This document shows, piece after piece, positions 57,968 to 61,209 of a stretch of DNA of 61,209 nucleotides. The position numbers and the translations under genes were made by a program. The notes under the pieces were generated by a model, which did no database searches, was not told where the DNA came from, and saw nothing but the letters and a program-made list of their open reading frames with translations. How positions within the stretch are numbered: the stretch's first letter is position 1; each line of letters opens with the position of its first letter. Location of the stretch: assembly GCA_016783505.1 (NCBI GenBank), contig JADHWK010000010.1, forward strand, positions 1-61,209, written 5' to 3'. The DNA comes from Candidatus Zhuqueibacterota bacterium. GTDB taxonomy: Bacteria; BS750m-G25.

Positions 57968-59971
57968 ATGTGCGGAATTGCTGGTTTTATAGATTACAAG
58001 CGCAGATGGGGCAGGCAAGAGCTTGAAAAGATAGCAAGTGAGATGGCTTTGGCTCTGCGCCATCGTGGGCCTGATGACAGTGGAACCTGGGTGGACGAAA
58101 AAGCCGGTGTTGCTTTCGGTCATTGCCGGCTTTCCATAATCGACCTCTCTTCGGCAGGTCATCAACCAATGGTTTCTGAGAGTGGGCGTTATGTGATCAT
58201 ATATAATGGCGAGGTCTATAATTTTCAAGCCCTTAAGGAGTTGCTAAAGTCCATGGGACAGAGATTCCGAGGACATTCGGATACAGAAGTTGTCTTGGCC
58301 GCTATCGAACAATGGGGAGTAAGTGGGGCCGTAAATAAGTTCCAGGGAATGTTTGCTTTTGTTCTGTGGGATCGATTTGAGAGGCGTCTCCATTTGGTCC
58401 GCGATCGTATGGGGATAAAGCCTATTTACTACGGGTGGATGGATGGCTTATTTCTTTTTGGATCTGAATTGAAGGCATTTCGTACCAATCCTTGTTGGAA
58501 TAGCGAGATCGACAGAGATGTATTGGCGCTCTTTATGCGACACAGCTATATCCCTTCTCCGTATTCCATCTACAGGAACGTTTACAAACTTTTTCCTGGA
58601 TGTATCCTGAGTGTGGATGCCAAAGGGGGACCGAGGCACAACGATTTTAGCCCTTTACCTGCCGGTGAAGGTGCCGGCATTCACAAGCTGCAACCACGGC
58701 CGTATTGGTCGATTCGTAAAGTTGCTGAGGAAGGGCGAAAGAATCCATTCATGGGGAATGAAGAAGAAGGAATATGTCAGCTTCAGAAAATACTCGGCAG
58801 TGCGGTTACCGACCGTATGATTGCCGATGTACCCTTAGGTGCCTTTTTGTCGGGTGGCATAGACTCTTCCGTCGTGGTAGCGCTTATGCAAAGCAGCACA
58901 ATCAAACCCGTTAAAACATTTACCATAGGATTTCACGATGCGAACTATAATGAGGCGAAATACGCTAAAGATGTGGCTTATTATCTGGGAACGGATCATA
59001 CTGAATTGTATATTTCGCCTGAAGAGGCAGTTGGTGTAATACCAAGACTTCCCATGCTTTATGATGAGCCATTCGCTGACTCCTCGCAGATCCCAACCCT
59101 CATGGTCTACGAATTGGCAAAAGAAAATGTTAAAGTCGGCCTTTCAGGAGACGGGGGCGATGAGAACTTCGCCGGTTACAATCAATACTTTCTGGCGACC
59201 GCTATCTGGAATAAAACACGCTTGTTATCTCCATCCATGAGGAAACTGATAGCTAAGGGTATGGCAAGCGTTCCTCTGAGGTCATGGGAGAAGTTTTTTC
59301 GCTACACAAACAAGTTTGTGGGCCGCGAACTCAGGAATCGTATGTCTGGTGACGCTATCCACAAGGCTGTCGATATGATTGTGGCAAAAACACCGGACAT
59401 ACTTTTCAGAACCCTTACTTCTCACTGGAAACAAGTGGAGGGTCTTGTTCTTGACGCAGAGCACGTGCCGACGGAACGGTTTGATTCATATGCTACGGTT
59501 AAAAAGTATAACTTTGCGAGGCGTATGATGATCACTGACTTGGTCACTTATCTTCCTGACGACATCCTCGTGAAAGTGGATCGAGCGAGCATGGGGGTTA
59601 GTCTGGAGGCTCGTGTGCCTATTCTAGACCACAGAGTAGTGGAATTTGTTGCACGCTTGCCTTTGTCGATGCTAATCAAGGGAAATATCAGGAAGTATCT
59701 ATTACGAAGGTTACTCTATAAATACGTCCCCATGAATCTGATTGAGCGACCAAAAAGAGGGTTTGCTTTGCCGCTTGGAGAATGGTTGAGAGGATCTTTA
59801 AAAGATTGGGCTGAATCTCTGTTGAACGAGTCGCGTTTGCGCAGGGAGGGCTACCTTAGCCCAACAGTCGTCAATGATAAATGGAGAGAGCACCTTTCAG
59901 GTGAAAGAGACTGGAAATATCATCTATGGAACGTATTGATGTTTGAAGCATGGTTGGACGGGGAAAGATAA
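57968..59971 (+). CDS. asnB: Asparagine synthase (glutamine-hydrolysing)-type amidotransferase
   Basis: MCGIAG, HRGPD, RLSIIDLS, YNGEVYN, LSGGIDSS, SGDGGDE, KVDRASM..SLEARVP. Confidence 0.93.
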   Translation: MCGIAGFIDYKRRWGRQELEKIASEMALALRHRGPDDSGTWVDEKAGVAFGHCRLSIIDLSSAGHQPMVSESGRYVIIYNGEVYNFQALKELLKSMGQRFRGHSDTEVVLAAIEQWGVSGAVNKFQGMFAFVLWDRFERRLHLVRDRMGIKPIYYGWMDGLFLFGSELKAFRTNPCWNSEIDRDVLALFMRHSYIPSPYSIYRNVYKLFPGCILSVDAKGGPRHNDFSPLPAGEGAGIHKLQPRPYWSIRKVAEEGRKNPFMGNEEEGICQLQKILGSAVTDRMIADVPLGAFLSGGIDSSVVVALMQSSTIKPVKTFTIGFHDANYNEAKYAKDVAYYLGTDHTELYISPEEAVGVIPRLPMLYDEPFADSSQIPTLMVYELAKENVKVGLSGDGGDENFAGYNQYFLATAIWNKTRLLSPSMRKLIAKGMASVPLRSWEKFFRYTNKFVGRELRNRMSGDAIHKAVDMIVAKTPDILFRTLTSHWKQVEGLVLDAEHVPTERFDSYATVKKYNFARRMMITDLVTYLPDDILVKVDRASMGVSLEARVPILDHRVVEFVARLPLSMLIKGNIRKYLLRRLLYKYVPMNLIERPKRGFALPLGEWLRGSLKDWAESLLNESRLRREGYLSPTVVNDKWREHLSGERDWKYHLWNVLMFEAWLDGER

Positions 59972-60170
59972 TGAGACAAGTGTGGGATACTTAGCCCGAA
60001 CAGGGGAAGGTTTAAAGATTTTACCGAAAAGTATTTGCCTGATTAACCTGAAACTAAAACAGTCGTAACTTATTGGCATTACTGTCTATCAGTTTTTCCC
60101 AAAGCATCTGTTTATAGGACCTTGAGTAAACCTTGGGAAATATGATCTTGTACAAGAACGAAGTAGAATA

Positions 60171-61209
60171 ATGGCCAAGAAGAGAATTCTTTTTCTAAGC
60201 CCTTCCATGCGTTCAGGCGGTGCTGAGAGAGTTATTAGAAATATTATCAAGTATATTGATAAAGAGCATTTTTTCCCGATGTTGGGATTACTGAAAAGAG
60301 AAGGAAGGATTTTAAAAGAGTTGCCTCATGGTCTTGAGATATCGGAGTTAGGGGCTGGAAGAGTACGTTATTCTTTAGGAAAATTAGTCGCCCTTATACA
60401 TGAAAAACGCCCTGACATTATCTTCTCCATTCTTGGGCAGCTTAATCTCACCACGATGTTTGTTCGGCCATTAATATCAAGGAAGGTCAAGTTTATTGCC
60501 AGAGAAACAAATATCCCGAGCAAAAATATCAGTCAAAGCAATTTTCCAGGCTTATTCCCCGTTTTGTATCGAGTCTTATACCCTAGATTTGATAAAGTGA
60601 TCTGCCAGTCAAGTGATATGATGTATGATCTGGCGGTGAATTTTGGCGTCCCTTTAGAGAAAGCCGTAGTCATCAACAACCCCGTTGACATTTTGGATAT
60701 CTGTAGACGAGCGCATTATAACGGTAAGGTTTTTTCCAAGGGTAGATTTAATATTTTGGCCGCTGGGAAGTTAAAGTATCAGAAGGGATTTGATTTGCTT
60801 TTGAAGTCAATGACTTATCTCGACAATGATAAATTTCATTTGACCTTGTTGGGACAAGGTCCGGAAGAAGGAAATCTTAAACGTCTTGCACATGATTTAC
60901 AAGTAGCGAAACAGGTAACCTTCGTAGGTGCTGTGGACAACCCGTATCCCTATATGAAGCAAGCAGATATGTTTGCGTTGAGCTCGCGATTTGAGGGTTT
61001 TCCCAATGTTGTACTGGAGTCCATGTCTCTCGGTAAGCCGGTAGTTGCCTTTGAATGTCCTGGAGGGATTAATGAGATTATCAAGGATGGGATAAATGGA
61101 TGGAAAATAGATGTTGGTGATACTGAAGCCTTTGCAAAGGCTCTGCAAAAAGCTGAGCAAACACAGTGGAATTCTAAAGTGATAGGGGAGCACATTGAAA
61201 GAAGGTATA
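60171..61209 (+). CDS. Glycosyltransferase family 4 (runs off the window end)
   Basis: Not in the ORF track because it has no stop; MAKKRILFLSPSMRSGGAER, GKLKYQKGFDLL, SSRFEGFPNVVLESMSLGKPVV. Confidence 0.9.
   Translation, partial: MAKKRILFLSPSMRSGGAERVIRNIIKYIDKEHFFPMLGLLKREGRILKELPHGLEISELGAGRVRYSLGKLVALIHEKRPDIIFSILGQLNLTTMFVRPLISRKVKFIARETNIPSKNISQSNFPGLFPVLYRVLYPRFDKVICQSSDMMYDLAVNFGVPLEKAVVINNPVDILDICRRAHYNGKVFSKGRFNILAAGKLKYQKGFDLLLKSMTYLDNDKFHLTLLGQGPEEGNLKRLAHDLQVAKQVTFVGAVDNPYPYMKQADMFALSSRFEGFPNVVLESMSLGKPVVAFECPGGINEIIKDGINGWKIDVGDTEAFAKALQKAEQTQWNSKVIGEHIERRY

Noticed and set aside
57968-59971. AsnB as a housekeeping asparagine synthase or lasso-peptide cyclase
   Set aside because: The intact glutaminase domain and glycosyltransferase context fit glycan amidation; no lasso precursor or peptidase is adjacent

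Overview
This window is one co-directional (+ strand) surface-glycan biosynthesis and modification island of about 45 genes, cut off at the right edge inside a GT4 gene. The product could be O-antigen, capsule or an S-layer/flagellar glycan. The host may be an anaerobic Desulfobacterota-type bacterium, but that is a weak inference. The island is a mosaic of modules: (1) HpcH aldolase/KdsB/2-hydroxyacid dehydrogenase/HAD plus a KdnA/KdnB-like aminotransferase-dehydrogenase pair; (2) two NeuB-type ulosonate synthases and several cytidylyltransferases; (3) a complete Campylobacter Cj1415-Cj1418-like phosphoramidate pathway, extended by a formyltransferase-like gene, a methyltransferase with an in-frame G10 tract, and a sulfotransferase-fold protein; (4) CDP-6-deoxyhexose genes; (5) an FkbH/ACP/MaoC-ketoreductase/GNAT-like module resembling PKS glyceryl/lactyl loading units; (6) an ABC flippase, glycosyltransferases, about seven methyltransferases including a B12 radical SAM, and AsnB. 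Scars of remodelling include a deleted second copy of an oxidoreductase-aminotransferase-NeuA cassette with an IS/MITE-like remnant at the junction, truncated SpsF-like and amidotransferase genes, and an ISKra4-like transposase fragment. No rRNA, tRNA or CRISPR array was seen. All functional calls come from motifs read by eye; no database searches were run.
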